From IMG/VR virus record IMGVR_UViG_3300044644_001125, positions 248,001 to 312,000 of that record: a stretch of 64,000 bases of DNA. One strand, written 5' to 3'. Positions within the stretch are counted from its first letter, which is position 1. The number at the start of each line of letters is the position of its first letter. Made by a program: the position numbers and the translations under genes. Of the stretch, positions 41,201 through 49,759 are shown piece by piece. The notes beneath the pieces are model-generated. The model ran no database searches and was not told the DNA's origin. It saw nothing but the letters and a program-made list of their open reading frames with translations.

Positions 41201-44200
41201 GAAATGACTTGGTCGGTATTCTGTGGAGTAATAGTCAAATATGGATCTTTACTAGAAGCCAGAGCTTCGTAATAATTAAAGAATTGATTATTTGAGTTAT
41301 ATCCACTAATTACCCAACCAGTATCTGATTTAGTTATCATCACACCACTATACGTTATAGTACGAATGGGTGAACTAACATTGAATATAATGTCATAGTT
41401 TTCAGGTGGAACAAATACTGTACTACCGAGTGTACTTGTTTTACTATCAAGTATATACTTTTGTTGGTCTGTTACTACGAAACCAGATAGTCGGGTAGAT
41501 AACTTCACATCTAAGTTCTTGATTTTTTTCTCAACCAATACTGGGTCGGTACCTTTGGATTTAGCATGGTCAACCAAATAGGTAATCAAACCAGTGGATT
41601 GCACTGTGTTAGTTGGGATAACCAAGTCTGATAAGGTAACAAATACACCACTTGTAGTGTGTACTGTTTGTCCAACCAAATTGGTTTTTGTTCTTGACGA
41701 ATCAAATCTATCTGAAATATATTCAAATGGTTTCATCAAACACATAGCAATACTAACCGTAAACGCCCAGTCTGAACTAGAACGCCAAGCATATTCTACC
41801 GGTGATACATCACCAAATACAAAACTACCTTGTGTTGCATATATGTCATAATTATGAGCTAATCTTGACATCAATGGACTTAGCAATGCACCATGTTCAT
41901 CAACTGGTAAATGATCTAATAAGGTACTACGCTTATATCTAGCATATTCACCTGCTCTTTCACCTTGACGGATAATACCGTCACGTAAATCTTCCCATAG
42001 AATCAAGTTATTGCTTGTATATGGTGCTGGACCATATTCGGATTCCCACCACAACGGCTGTTGTGAAAAACCAAGCATCTCCCATGGGCATCTATGTGGT
42101 CGATCTGTGTCATAAAACCAATTATAAATTCCACGCCAGTACCCAGGCAATCCCTGCGTACTAGTAGGATCTGTCATATTACTATAATTATAAGTGAACG
42201 TATTCGATGAATCATACCAATCATTATTAGTATAAGTCATCTGATATTGTGTAGACCACTTATAGAATTCGGTTTTAATTACAGAATCTATCTCGTCTTT
42301 TGAATACAAGCCAGTGTCGTAATAACCACCCATGATTGAATCCAAATCAAATATATCTGAATTATATTCTTGTTTGATATTGTTATAGATTCTTAATTCC
42401 AATTCTAATAACAAATCATCACGATAGTCTTCATACGCTGCAGTTATACTACCATCATGCCCCTGAATAACCATCCGAGGTGTGACATAAGTATCATCCA
42501 AGAATTTCATTGGTGTGAATTTCTTAAATAATCCCATTGATGTTGGTGTTGCTGGTATATAGTTAACTGACGTTGACAAGTATTCACGAATTTCGACAAT
42601 ATCACCTTCGAATAATTCAGTTAACAATGTAACATAACCGAATACATCATTAAACATGTAGTCGGTTGTATTCAGCAAGTGTGTTGGCTTTAACAACCCA
42701 TCGGCTACTCGATACACGTATACATAAACCGCTGAAGTACTTATTTCTGTCAAATTGATTTTTTTCGACAATGCAAATGTTTTAATTCCAGTATCTTCAA
42801 CTGTATATCTTATTGGCGTATAAGCACCACTACCGAGCATGTCAGAATTTGCAAATGGGCTTTCTGCTGTTTTGGTAGATGTCATCAACGTTATCAATTC
42901 ATCAACTGCATCAACGTTATTCATACCAGCATATTGCGATGCCTGTTCAATGAAGTTATTCTTAAATTCAGTATACATCTTTTTAGCATACTGTATGGAT
43001 TTTATAACGTTGTGAGTTTTATCACATAATACAGTAACTGCCAATGGTGCAAGCCCAGCATGTTTCAAAAATCTCGATGCATACTGTTGGTAATTAGTCA
43101 AGTCACGAAGATTAGACACACCTGGAGTTATCCCAGAAAAATCCGAAAAGAACTCAACTGCTGATGATATATGGTCATCCGCTTGTCCAAGCGTAAATGT
43201 CGTCATTTCTTGATTTAACGGGTTCTTTTCCAACCCAACTGGCATTTGATAATACCCAGTATTTGGATCGATATTAGCAATTATCTTAATAGATACGATA
43301 TCATTAACCGCTAAGTTTTTTGGAAACGTAAACTGATCACCTTCTCTGAAATACGTTCCAGTATAAGGTTTTCCATTTATGTACAATCTAACAATTAGGT
43401 CTGATAACGGTATGTTTGAAAAATCAATGGTAGTAAAGGTTACTACTGTCGTAGCCTCTGTGATTTTTTGACTATCGATGATAGGTTGGATGTACTTGTT
43501 ATCAGTTTTAATCCAGCCATTATCGAATTCTAAGCCAATATTAGTTAGTTTGTAATACCCGGATTCTATCTTTTTTGTTGTAGTTACTTTGTTTATCGCA
43601 TAAGTAAACGTGTCAATACCAAAGTTCCAATTGAACTGGATATCTCCAATGTTACCGATGTTTAGGTAACTTAAACTGAATCCAAGCTGAGTATCTGTTC
43701 TACCATTACCAACTTTATAACTAAGAATTTTAGAACCAGCAAATGTACTACCTGGATAATATTCAGTATTTGAAAAACTAATTTCATTATCGTCGTATAC
43801 ATCAAATAAAGGTGCTTGGTTAACTGCAGTTTTTTGTTGACTTAATACCCATTTAACACCATCAAAATGGAACATTTCACCACCAAAGTTTTTACCATGT
43901 TTGATAAGAACGCATTGGTCAATGTATGGTAATGAATCATCCACCTCTATCAAATGAATTTGTGGAACTATAGTTGTGGTGGTATCAGTTATTGATTGCG
44001 TATTATGGTTGAAGTTCATTAACTGAACTTCGTAAATCTTATTATTGACTAAGTTATCAGTATCTGCGGTTACTAATATTCTAGCACCGTGAAATAAGGT
44101 TTCATTATCAATTTGGTACCCAGAACTACCTTCAATTGTAGAAAAAACATCAGTGGTTAGGGTATCAACAAAATCAACTGGTCTTTTTGCAATCGCACCA

Positions 44201-45807
44201 TAATTGAATAGTCTTAAATTTGACGAGAACTCGATGATAGGACGTTTTGCTCTATTAGTTTCTGGTGCAGAGTATTCTTGCCCACGAATAGCACATGAGT
44301 ACTCAAGAACAGAACGATGGAACCATCGATTGTATCGACTCCATGAATTAGAATCAATACTAGAATGTGATATCGTAATATAATCTTGGTCAGTTGGATA
44401 AGCACTAGCCTCATCAAATGGCTGTGTGTCGAATCCTTCGTTGTCAAAAAGAACATCAGGAACATCTTTAGAAATTCTAGGTGTTACCAAATCGGCAAAT
44501 GGCATCAATGTTATAGACGAACCAACACCACTAACCAACCAAGTACCACTAGCATATGTCGATGGAGTTACTGAACCCCTGAATTCAACAACTAAACCAT
44601 TGGTGAATACAATACCATTGCTACTTGTGTAGTTTTTTAATCCAACGATTTCAGCATTAACATCAATTTCAGTATTAATCTTAATATCGGCAATGATGAA
44701 TCTACCCAATTTATTTGGATCTAATGGGCTTTGATAATATAAGGAATCAGGTGCATCATAAGGAACTTGGAATGTAACAGTTGCATTACTTGTACCATTA
44801 TTCATCACACCTGTGTTATATTCCAACGAAGGTGCTTTAACAACATACCCAATGAATCTCCATTCAGCCGAACCAGTCACAGGTAGGGATATTACATCGC
44901 TTGGTATGTTAGCAATTGCTTCCCATAATCCATTTGAATATACAACAGTCGAACCAATCTTATATTCAGTTCCGGTGATATATTCATTAAATGCAGTTTG
45001 ATATATGAATCTAACGAATTCCCAATCAGTAATTAAATTAGGAACTGTTCTGGTTGCACTTGCAACAATTCGAGTTTTTGCACGAATTAACTGGTTTTCA
45101 TAAACCGCAAGTTGACCTTGGGTATATGCAAGTACTGGATTGTAAGAAATTGAACCGGTATCATACTGCGTTCTAATGATAAAACTATCATTAGGTGTAT
45201 TAACATTAAACTTGTAAGTTTGACCACGATATAGGGTCAATGTTGGATTGTTAACTACATTAGCTACATTCGTGACTTGTGTGAACACAAAAGAATTAGC
45301 AGCAACTGTTACATTGTACTCACTAATTACCTTTGCACTATGCCCAATTACTGGAACTGAAAGAGGACCATCTGGTTCCCAGAAGTATTCACGATAATTG
45401 ATAAATTTATCCCAACTAATTGGTGGATTCCACGAATAATGTTGTTGTGATGTGATATGGTCATCTCTATCATTAGTATTACCAAAGAATTTAAGTTGGT
45501 TCTTTAAATCAATGTAATCATAAAAGTTTTCGATTTTATCGCCATCTGTAAACACCACACCAGGTTCTAACTGATATCTACTACGAAGCGTGTTATCAGA
45601 ATCCAGATAGGTATCAGAACCACTGTATGTTTTTCCGTATCTTCGACCGACATAACCAACTGTCTTTTGTAAAAGACCAGGTTGAATTAATGGATCGACA
45701 GCGGCCGCCATGAATTTGTTGTTTGTTTCCGTTTTAAAAACGCCTGGCAATAAGTCAACAGTTTTTCTTATTGGTAATTGGCTTTCTGGGTAAAATTGTT
45801 CAGTCAT
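32218..45807 (-). CDS. Giant baseplate wedge/structural protein (4529 aa; gp7-like position)
   Basis: Uninterrupted ORF downstream of the gp6-like gene; CBM-like W..Y..G.IV.Y repeats, FG-GAP-like propeller repeats, VKPYRS motif, repeated VYVNG Ig-like units. Confidence 0.7.
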   Translation of the reverse strand: MTEQFYPESQLPIRKTVDLLPGVFKTETNNKFMAAAVDPLIQPGLLQKTVGYVGRRYGKTYSGSDTYLDSDNTLRSRYQLEPGVVFTDGDKIENFYDYIDLKNQLKFFGNTNDRDDHITSQQHYSWNPPISWDKFINYREYFWEPDGPLSVPVIGHSAKVISEYNVTVAANSFVFTQVTNVANVVNNPTLTLYRGQTYKFNVNTPNDSFIIRTQYDTGSISYNPVLAYTQGQLAVYENQLIRAKTRIVASATRTVPNLITDWEFVRFIYQTAFNEYITGTEYKIGSTVVYSNGLWEAIANIPSDVISLPVTGSAEWRFIGYVVKAPSLEYNTGVMNNGTSNATVTFQVPYDAPDSLYYQSPLDPNKLGRFIIADIKINTEIDVNAEIVGLKNYTSSNGIVFTNGLVVEFRGSVTPSTYASGTWLVSGVGSSITLMPFADLVTPRISKDVPDVLFDNEGFDTQPFDEASAYPTDQDYITISHSSIDSNSWSRYNRWFHRSVLEYSCAIRGQEYSAPETNRAKRPIIEFSSNLRLFNYGAIAKRPVDFVDTLTTDVFSTIEGSSGYQIDNETLFHGARILVTADTDNLVNNKIYEVQLMNFNHNTQSITDTTTTIVPQIHLIEVDDSLPYIDQCVLIKHGKNFGGEMFHFDGVKWVLSQQKTAVNQAPLFDVYDDNEISFSNTEYYPGSTFAGSKILSYKVGNGRTDTQLGFSLSYLNIGNIGDIQFNWNFGIDTFTYAINKVTTTKKIESGYYKLTNIGLEFDNGWIKTDNKYIQPIIDSQKITEATTVVTFTTIDFSNIPLSDLIVRLYINGKPYTGTYFREGDQFTFPKNLAVNDIVSIKIIANIDPNTGYYQMPVGLEKNPLNQEMTTFTLGQADDHISSAVEFFSDFSGITPGVSNLRDLTNYQQYASRFLKHAGLAPLAVTVLCDKTHNVIKSIQYAKKMYTEFKNNFIEQASQYAGMNNVDAVDELITLMTSTKTAESPFANSDMLGSGAYTPIRYTVEDTGIKTFALSKKINLTEISTSAVYVYVYRVADGLLKPTHLLNTTDYMFNDVFGYVTLLTELFEGDIVEIREYLSTSVNYIPATPTSMGLFKKFTPMKFLDDTYVTPRMVIQGHDGSITAAYEDYRDDLLLELELRIYNNIKQEYNSDIFDLDSIMGGYYDTGLYSKDEIDSVIKTEFYKWSTQYQMTYTNNDWYDSSNTFTYNYSNMTDPTSTQGLPGYWRGIYNWFYDTDRPHRCPWEMLGFSQQPLWWESEYGPAPYTSNNLILWEDLRDGIIRQGERAGEYARYKRSTLLDHLPVDEHGALLSPLMSRLAHNYDIYATQGSFVFGDVSPVEYAWRSSSDWAFTVSIAMCLMKPFEYISDRFDSSRTKTNLVGQTVHTTSGVFVTLSDLVIPTNTVQSTGLITYLVDHAKSKGTDPVLVEKKIKNLDVKLSTRLSGFVVTDQQKYILDSKTSTLGSTVFVPPENYDIIFNVSSPIRTITYSGVMITKSDTGWVISGYNSNNQFFNYYEALASSKDPYLTITPQNTDQVISVGGVSAAYTDWEPNVTYANGQIVRYEQHFYRALKTNSSTTFNDEHDYWKLLSNLPITGEVVAKNRKSFNKFTIKQMLYGTTLESIQEVVDFLLGYEVYLKSIGFVFSGYDAENRVPINWTTSCKEFMFWTKHNWAAGSLISLSPISSRIEINMNGGVVDSLTDGFYDYEILKSNGQVFPIEQLNVTRTFQNIVITPDSTTDGIYYLNMYCVLKEHVTVFSDRTVFNDVIYDKTTGYRQGRIKSQGFRTVDWDGDYTSPGFLFDNVNIVVWQQYKDYKLGDIVAYRSTNWTCIKSHTSTESFDNAVWSKLDTNPTKELVSNFDYKINQFDEYYDTTAEGIGESQRTLARHAIGYQPRGYLQDLAEDPVTQFQLYQGFIREKGTINAVTKVFDKLSRSGDSSIVLNEEWAFRVGQFGGVDAIEEFEFYIEKNKIKLNPQPLLVTDTSVSDGIAYQIKSSDFTLTPSNTVGINKLSYETEPSRTAGYVNTKHVSYMVKTIDDILNLDIRAIKDNANIWVTFDDYSWNVFRFNDTALRVVNITETSTIDFELSSRHTYEVGDVFAVRPLGTITAFSGIFKVVGVTWNTVSIDSSLLSTIPTLNQNKPIYACTFKKARYKSYSDIDDLYAATLPVGAKLWVDANDSDKWEVSQKKDQYSVVSPTVYGDNPIGVGTTTVYAKTLNQVITSIPGSNRIEVYSVGTTGLDWYQSVEPISGIRTGSSSLDGSFGKSMAISPDNKFLIVGSPSASHIRSNYRGAYTNTAIYPIGAIVKTSNALLESIVEIIGDSINDTTADKTKWKEASNIISDSTGTPSNITNQGVISVYEYYDNNWRYSTSFVSPDLENTVQFGTAVALGKTSDTDYLLAVSAAVHPGDSTLTNNHGIVYTYRYTNSEWVFGDATYTLPENSTDMDEFGKSLVMTSDGSTLVVGNPVGENQPKGSVYIYASNDSSVVKLDDMVGDATGDKFGHAIAINPTGSTLVITSPNADSSIIDQGKAYVYTKVNSQYVLSQTIESFEYITNEQFGSSVAISDNRIVISAKNTDYVTYDSFNATFDGGRTTFYSERGYAGAVYVFEKKGDQYLLTSELKPTLRPYESFGGSLACTDSSIFVGSPTYTLPTSDTLVGCLRMFTNTNSNGAWDIIASQQQVVDTRNVKSISLYDNVNSLKIQDVDYVDNSKLKVLNIAEQEITFKTMYDPAVYSIGTNDETQIIEPSQAWADKNVGTLWWDISKSKWMYAEQDDLTYRTGHWNVQVTGSTVDVYEWVKTTILPSEWASLADTTEGLASGISGQPLYSDDSVMVVKELYNSVTGVVTGTQYYYWVKNTALIPDAVIGRNLSALDVANAIDNPIGTGIAFVGLCSPAAMLAYNFGSVLTTETALVNIEYFKDSYNQVPVHNEYQLLSEGSESFELSNELEAKWIDSVIGRDVVGNRVPDNTLPTKLKYGVSFRPRQSMFIDRLPALKMVITNVNSILTTEPFTGNMNFSNLNLVDQAPIVELNYYDTTVDTYQDLQNVGITRVTQAELGVELTNGKVTAVNIVKQGYGYKPNVPVYESISIPAYNYQGVGYQGPLVTVSGDGTGAVVQLIIDKNGSAIQANIISSGKKYSNATATVRPYSVLVNSDSTISGYWSIYAWDSVSKQFVRSSAQAYDTTKYWSYVDWWATGYNSSSKVTNEITAIVSIKTINPVIGDLIRIKEFESGGWATFECIAVPVDAGIFSDFYTMVGRENGTIQLSTKLYDDVTSGVGYDSSAAFDSISYDMDSSLELRNILRAVKHDICIGNNATEWGNLFFTCVRAVFAEQLYVDWAFKTSFLTAVHNVGPFEQPLNYKNDSLQSFQSYIEEVKPYRSTIREYISKYDTTEESSIAIGDFDLPVAYTGGSNKPVTIYDWYTLNQYPWKWWTDNNTFTVKQIILASGGENYNQPPSVVITGTGVGATAKAYISNGVVSNIIIENAGIGYKEAPTVELIGGNTPGSKSASAIAVIGDSKVRLFNVAMKFDRISKTGLYQSLYNTETFIATGYTSVFNLMYAPLNEKNRITVYINDKLILSSEYTVELVIPAGNANIATSGMIIFNNNPIVGDVIVVNYEKHDSLLDSVNRISKYYQPMSGMKGNQLSQLITGVDFGGVQVQGTTFDVTGGWDSQPWFTDNWDSVEQSSDYYYVCDGIANPVIATTVTLPFVPVAGQHINIYVKRESWKSVKQYGLKSTAYTLYDGSMPSVIRLDDIAYTSQWDSTSTINPYAQMPTFIGDGVSATIDIGSYFDTIQGDTLIFRPEESDGSLVINDPNIVDTNMSGGSLERLNNAYTTATGLKAEEIIIEGGKFISPENVSATEENVPGQVLDSLSIKVFDTKSTGSTPLHSTVFISDGITTTYSIGLPIIEFSSVIVTVNKVKKSIDTHYTINLTNNTVKFVLPVTAGAIIEITAIGVGGVAILDSKSFVADGKSAKFATNAKFKDTTSVYVTVNGISTDASFGSTTGKKITGKTEVTVNPMPTVSDDVKVVCFGANANVDFDTSIARINEQTFIYTDNPEFTLSMFAVEPTNHQYTPMIVNVNGSALTGVDTTYGVYTGSTAQFKIELGSGYATPSNIKVYVNGVLKSFLVDYVFNEEMTLVTIDSLVINDVVLIENNSNAEYSINGNTLIISSELTTNDVVNVVWFTQYQTMQLLTDEHVGGKASYALAMKPIDSSYVWVYVNGVKLTPIRDYYLSDDKTKVYLLDTTSESDMVKVVLFGSKLCSTKSYEISKDMLNVFRYNRYSIGTIQLAKDLNYYDTEILVTDASLLSIPVAARNQPGTVLINGERIEYLMLTDNTLSQLRRGSMGTAIAELYTAGTDVADVSIQERIPYNETEMKESFMIDGSTRSVGPLSYIPVKSVRTNWAAGNIPTGYGPCDQVEVFVGGRRLRKNPMHVFNESLGSTSPRADELLDAEFSVDGTSNYIRLTDSVLDSIPVNASVNVVVYRKVGKVWYEQTATAASAGITLLENNTPMAKFISQKTTAMIG

Positions 45808-45818
45808 TAGTCACACTT

Positions 45819-48800
45819 CTAGGTTGATGATGTAATTGTTGTTGAACTCGCTCTAACTTCAGTAGCTGAAATGGCGGTTACTATATCAATATTGTCTACG
45901 GTTGCACCGCTAACTAATATTTCATCGTGTTTACTTTGTATTTCAAACAAACTACCGAATGATTGGGCAGTTTGCTTTGGGACAATGATTATATTACTGA
46001 TATCTGGTGAAACTGAATTCAAAATATAGGTAGTTAATTCACCCAAATAGAATCTATCACCAAAATCCCAGTAATTGATATCAAAAAACTCATTGACTGC
46101 CGTTATTATTCTAACTTTCAGGTCATTGTCATTGATTGTTTTATTTGGATTTTTAACAACTTTGAACTGAGCCTGTAATTGTTCATCTGCTAATGCACCA
46201 AATAACACTTTATATCTAACAGGATGGTAAATTATTTCATCACTGATTGATTTGATTGCATTGAGTTTAGAACCGAAGCTAATTCTTAGACTATCACTAC
46301 TTGGTGGTTCTGGTGGTGTTGTTAATCCACCACTCAAATAACTACGGAAAGCAGTATCATACGACCGTGTCATGATAGAAAGATCCATGATGTTACTCGA
46401 ACTTGGGTCTATTCTTCTCGCAGAATTGGCATTGTGTACGTACTGGAACTTAAGTCCAGATCTACCAACAACTGCTTTATATGAACTAATCAACGTAAAC
46501 GTATTCGTTGTTCTATTAACTTCCTTGACGTAATCTTCAGCGGAATCATAAAAGTATATCAGTTGGCCGGTAGTATACTGTGTTATATCAGTAGTTAATT
46601 CGGATTCTCGCACTACAATACTAGTAATTGATGTATCCACGAAATCATGGTATACGTTACCAGCGCCATCAGTTGTTTCCTTGAAGAAAATATACAAGTT
46701 TGCTTTATCTTCACCATTAGAATCTAATGAATGCGCTGTATCTTCACCCACTAACATGACAAATGATTCTGGGTTATCAACAACACCATCACTATTTGCA
46801 TCACTGAATGTTAGTTTAACTTCAGCATTACTAACGTATCCATCATTGAATTTAACAGTATCCGAAATTTCAAACGTAACATCGGTATTTAACTGGTTGA
46901 TTCTATCTGGTCCAGTGTTAATCCCAAGAATTCTAACGTTATCCTTTACAACTTTACCAAGTTGATCGTTATATGCCTTCTCATATGAATCAAAATAGAA
47001 TCTATTTTGCTCAATACTGCCAAACACGTAATCTAATGCTCTTACCCGAACCGTGTATTGGTCAGCTTCTTTAACAAAAGCAACTATCCACGACGCATCG
47101 GTATTGGTATTTGTCGAATCACCAGCAGATATTAGATTAAAACTGGCAGTTAGATCAATATTGGACGGTGTTATCAAATACCACGACGCAGCAGTAACAT
47201 CATATCTTAATCCAAAATTAACATTTTGATAGGCTTGGTTAACAATCTCTGATTCCAAACCAACTGGCAGGTTATTAACGAATTTTGGTACAATTCTCGA
47301 TATAATCGAACCATTAGGGATAACATCATTAAAGGTTACTGTACCAAGACCATTACTAAGTACACCTAGGCCATTATTGGTACCATCACCAACAACTTTA
47401 ATAACTTTAACCCATAACTCATTGACTTGCGCTGGGTCGGTTGCATCAGTAGTTACTAACTTTCCATTTTTAAATGAATTTCCAGTTGGTGGCGTGAACT
47501 TAACCATTGCTCCATATGAAATGTATTTTAAATTATTAGTACCGTATGCCTGTCCAACCTTTTTAACAAGTCCGTTATTAACGAAATATCCAGTTGATAT
47601 GTTAGTTCCCGATGAACATTGTGTCCAAGTAGTTAATCCATCAAATAACTTCTTATCATATTTTGTAATATAGAAGTTGTAAACATCGGTTTTAGTGATA
47701 GCAGGTTCTACAATCTGTCTAATTGCATTGATAATGTCATTTTTGGTATTGAACTTAAATGACAAGGTATGTTCGATATCATCTTTGTAAATATACCCAT
47801 CGTCGGCAAATACATTAACCGAACTATACTTACCACTGGCATCGATTATTTCAAAATTACGTGAAATACCACTAGATGTTCGGTTAACTGCTTTGATTTT
47901 GATGATATCTTGCGAACTTGAAAGTGGTGCTAAATTGTAATCCTCACCAGTTATCATTCTATTTTGTGTATAGTACATCGCAGGTGCATTTGTTCTAATG
48001 CTTTCCACACTTTCAGTTGCAGCCGCATTAGAAACAGTCTGTTGCAAACCTAATCCAATAGTTATCGTTTGTTTTGCACCGGTTTTATTGACGTATGGAA
48101 TACTAATCGAAATACCACGCATTTCAGTTGGTGAGATTGCATAAGATAAACCATTACTTACTCGGTAAAATACTCTGAATTTACCTTGCGGTACATTACC
48201 ATACACACCATCGGCAAATGACAATTCAATTTTATCGTTTTCTTTTGATGTAACTGCAAAGATGTTACGAATACTACGTGATAAGCTGTTATATGCGATG
48301 TTATTACCAACCAAGTTTGATACTTGAGCCCATTGATTCAATTGTTCGTTTTTTGGACCAAGTGCAAACATCCAAACATCATCGTTATTGATGTTTTGAC
48401 TTTCGACTGCGATCTTTTCATTTGGGATAGGTGTATCTATTGAGAAATCAGCTAATTCCAAACTACCTTGTTTGAACATTAGATGGAATCCATTACTTGC
48501 ACTACCTGGTCCTTTACCGTCGTTACGATAAACGAACCCAAGTTGATTACCTGGATAGGGTGCTTCTTCGTAGATAGATTCGCTATTTTTAAACGATGTA
48601 CTAACAACTTCAAATGCCATACTTCTGCCAGCAACAGATTTGCTATACGTATAGATTGGCACATCGGTATTAATCGTATTGAAGCGGTATTGTTGTGTTG
48701 GAATACCACCAATCGTAGCAGACCCTTGGCTTTTTCCAAATTCAGTATTAGCAGCCATTGCTGCATTTAATACTATAATGAATTGCTCGTACCAATTAGA

Positions 48801-49247
48801 ATTGGTAGGGTCATTCCATGTAATATGTTGCTGTGCTAAATTTCTACCATTACTATCAATCAATGGTTCTGTAGTAGAAACATAGGTGAATTTCAATAAC
48901 CCAGAGGCTGCCACGTTACGTTTTGGACTGTAACTTAGCATTCTTGCTATCTTTAATACACTTTCTTTTCGTTCGGCTAACTCTAAGAAGTTTTCTCTAC
49001 TTGCCAAATCGATTCTAAATGATAAACTTTGGCCCAAAAACGCTATAGCATCTATTAATGCCATGTATTCAGATGATTCAATATAATCATTGAAGTCTTC
49101 TGGGTAGTTTTCACGGATGTAAGTGATCATTACTCTGCGCAAATTTTCAAAATCATATGATTTGAAATCGGCATTCTTGAAAGTCTGGTATATACGAGTC
49201 CAGTCTTCGTTTAAAATCAAATTGTTTTGTCTAGTGGTTGATGTCAT
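45819..49247 (-). CDS. Baseplate wedge protein (gp6-like)
   Basis: DFENLR..FNDYIESSE..ENFLELAERKESVLKIARMLSY; ESVESIRTNAP..QNRMITGEDY. Confidence 0.85.
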   Translation of the reverse strand: MTSTTRQNNLILNEDWTRIYQTFKNADFKSYDFENLRRVMITYIRENYPEDFNDYIESSEYMALIDAIAFLGQSLSFRIDLASRENFLELAERKESVLKIARMLSYSPKRNVAASGLLKFTYVSTTEPLIDSNGRNLAQQHITWNDPTNSNWYEQFIIVLNAAMAANTEFGKSQGSATIGGIPTQQYRFNTINTDVPIYTYSKSVAGRSMAFEVVSTSFKNSESIYEEAPYPGNQLGFVYRNDGKGPGSASNGFHLMFKQGSLELADFSIDTPIPNEKIAVESQNINNDDVWMFALGPKNEQLNQWAQVSNLVGNNIAYNSLSRSIRNIFAVTSKENDKIELSFADGVYGNVPQGKFRVFYRVSNGLSYAISPTEMRGISISIPYVNKTGAKQTITIGLGLQQTVSNAAATESVESIRTNAPAMYYTQNRMITGEDYNLAPLSSSQDIIKIKAVNRTSSGISRNFEIIDASGKYSSVNVFADDGYIYKDDIEHTLSFKFNTKNDIINAIRQIVEPAITKTDVYNFYITKYDKKLFDGLTTWTQCSSGTNISTGYFVNNGLVKKVGQAYGTNNLKYISYGAMVKFTPPTGNSFKNGKLVTTDATDPAQVNELWVKVIKVVGDGTNNGLGVLSNGLGTVTFNDVIPNGSIISRIVPKFVNNLPVGLESEIVNQAYQNVNFGLRYDVTAASWYLITPSNIDLTASFNLISAGDSTNTNTDASWIVAFVKEADQYTVRVRALDYVFGSIEQNRFYFDSYEKAYNDQLGKVVKDNVRILGINTGPDRINQLNTDVTFEISDTVKFNDGYVSNAEVKLTFSDANSDGVVDNPESFVMLVGEDTAHSLDSNGEDKANLYIFFKETTDGAGNVYHDFVDTSITSIVVRESELTTDITQYTTGQLIYFYDSAEDYVKEVNRTTNTFTLISSYKAVVGRSGLKFQYVHNANSARRIDPSSSNIMDLSIMTRSYDTAFRSYLSGGLTTPPEPPSSDSLRISFGSKLNAIKSISDEIIYHPVRYKVLFGALADEQLQAQFKVVKNPNKTINDNDLKVRIITAVNEFFDINYWDFGDRFYLGELTTYILNSVSPDISNIIIVPKQTAQSFGSLFEIQSKHDEILVSGATVDNIDIVTAISATEVRASSTTITSST

Positions 49248-49318
49248 AATGGTTCCATTTAGCGATACTGATATTTATCAGTTTTCGCAACCCAAAATTA
49301 GACCATCAACCACCGATA

Positions 49319-49759
49319 TTATGCGATTACTGCGTTATTTTTGTCAAAACTCAAGGTCATACGGTCACTTATATCAAATGGCATATAAGTTAGTTCTAAA
49401 TCGATTCTAATACCAAGCGTGGTGGTTGTTATAACCAATTTATCCACTCTAAGTCTAGGATCGTAGTTGACAATAGCTTCCACGTCCTTTGCAATAATCG
49501 ATTTGGTTTCTTCTGTGAATGGCTCGAATAACATATCCCATATTACAGTACCAATCATTGGATTTTCTAACTTTTCACCACGCCGTATATAGAAATGGTT
49601 TAGTAAATCCCGTTTTACGATATCAATATCGTGTAACTTATAGTTAGTTGATTTTGAGTTTGAATCAAAACCTTTAAATGTAAAGCTACCTTGGTTACTA
49701 TCACCGACAGAGGCTTTATTGACTGCTACTGTTTTCTGATTATATAATTTATTCGCCAC
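49319..49759 (-). CDS. Baseplate wedge subunit (gp25-like)
   Basis: DIVKRDLLNHF..RGEKLENPMIGT..LFEP..YDPRL. Confidence 0.85.
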   Translation of the reverse strand: MANKLYNQKTVAVNKASVGDSNQGSFTFKGFDSNSKSTNYKLHDIDIVKRDLLNHFYIRRGEKLENPMIGTVIWDMLFEPFTEETKSIIAKDVEAIVNYDPRLRVDKLVITTTTLGIRIDLELTYMPFDISDRMTLSFDKNNAVIA

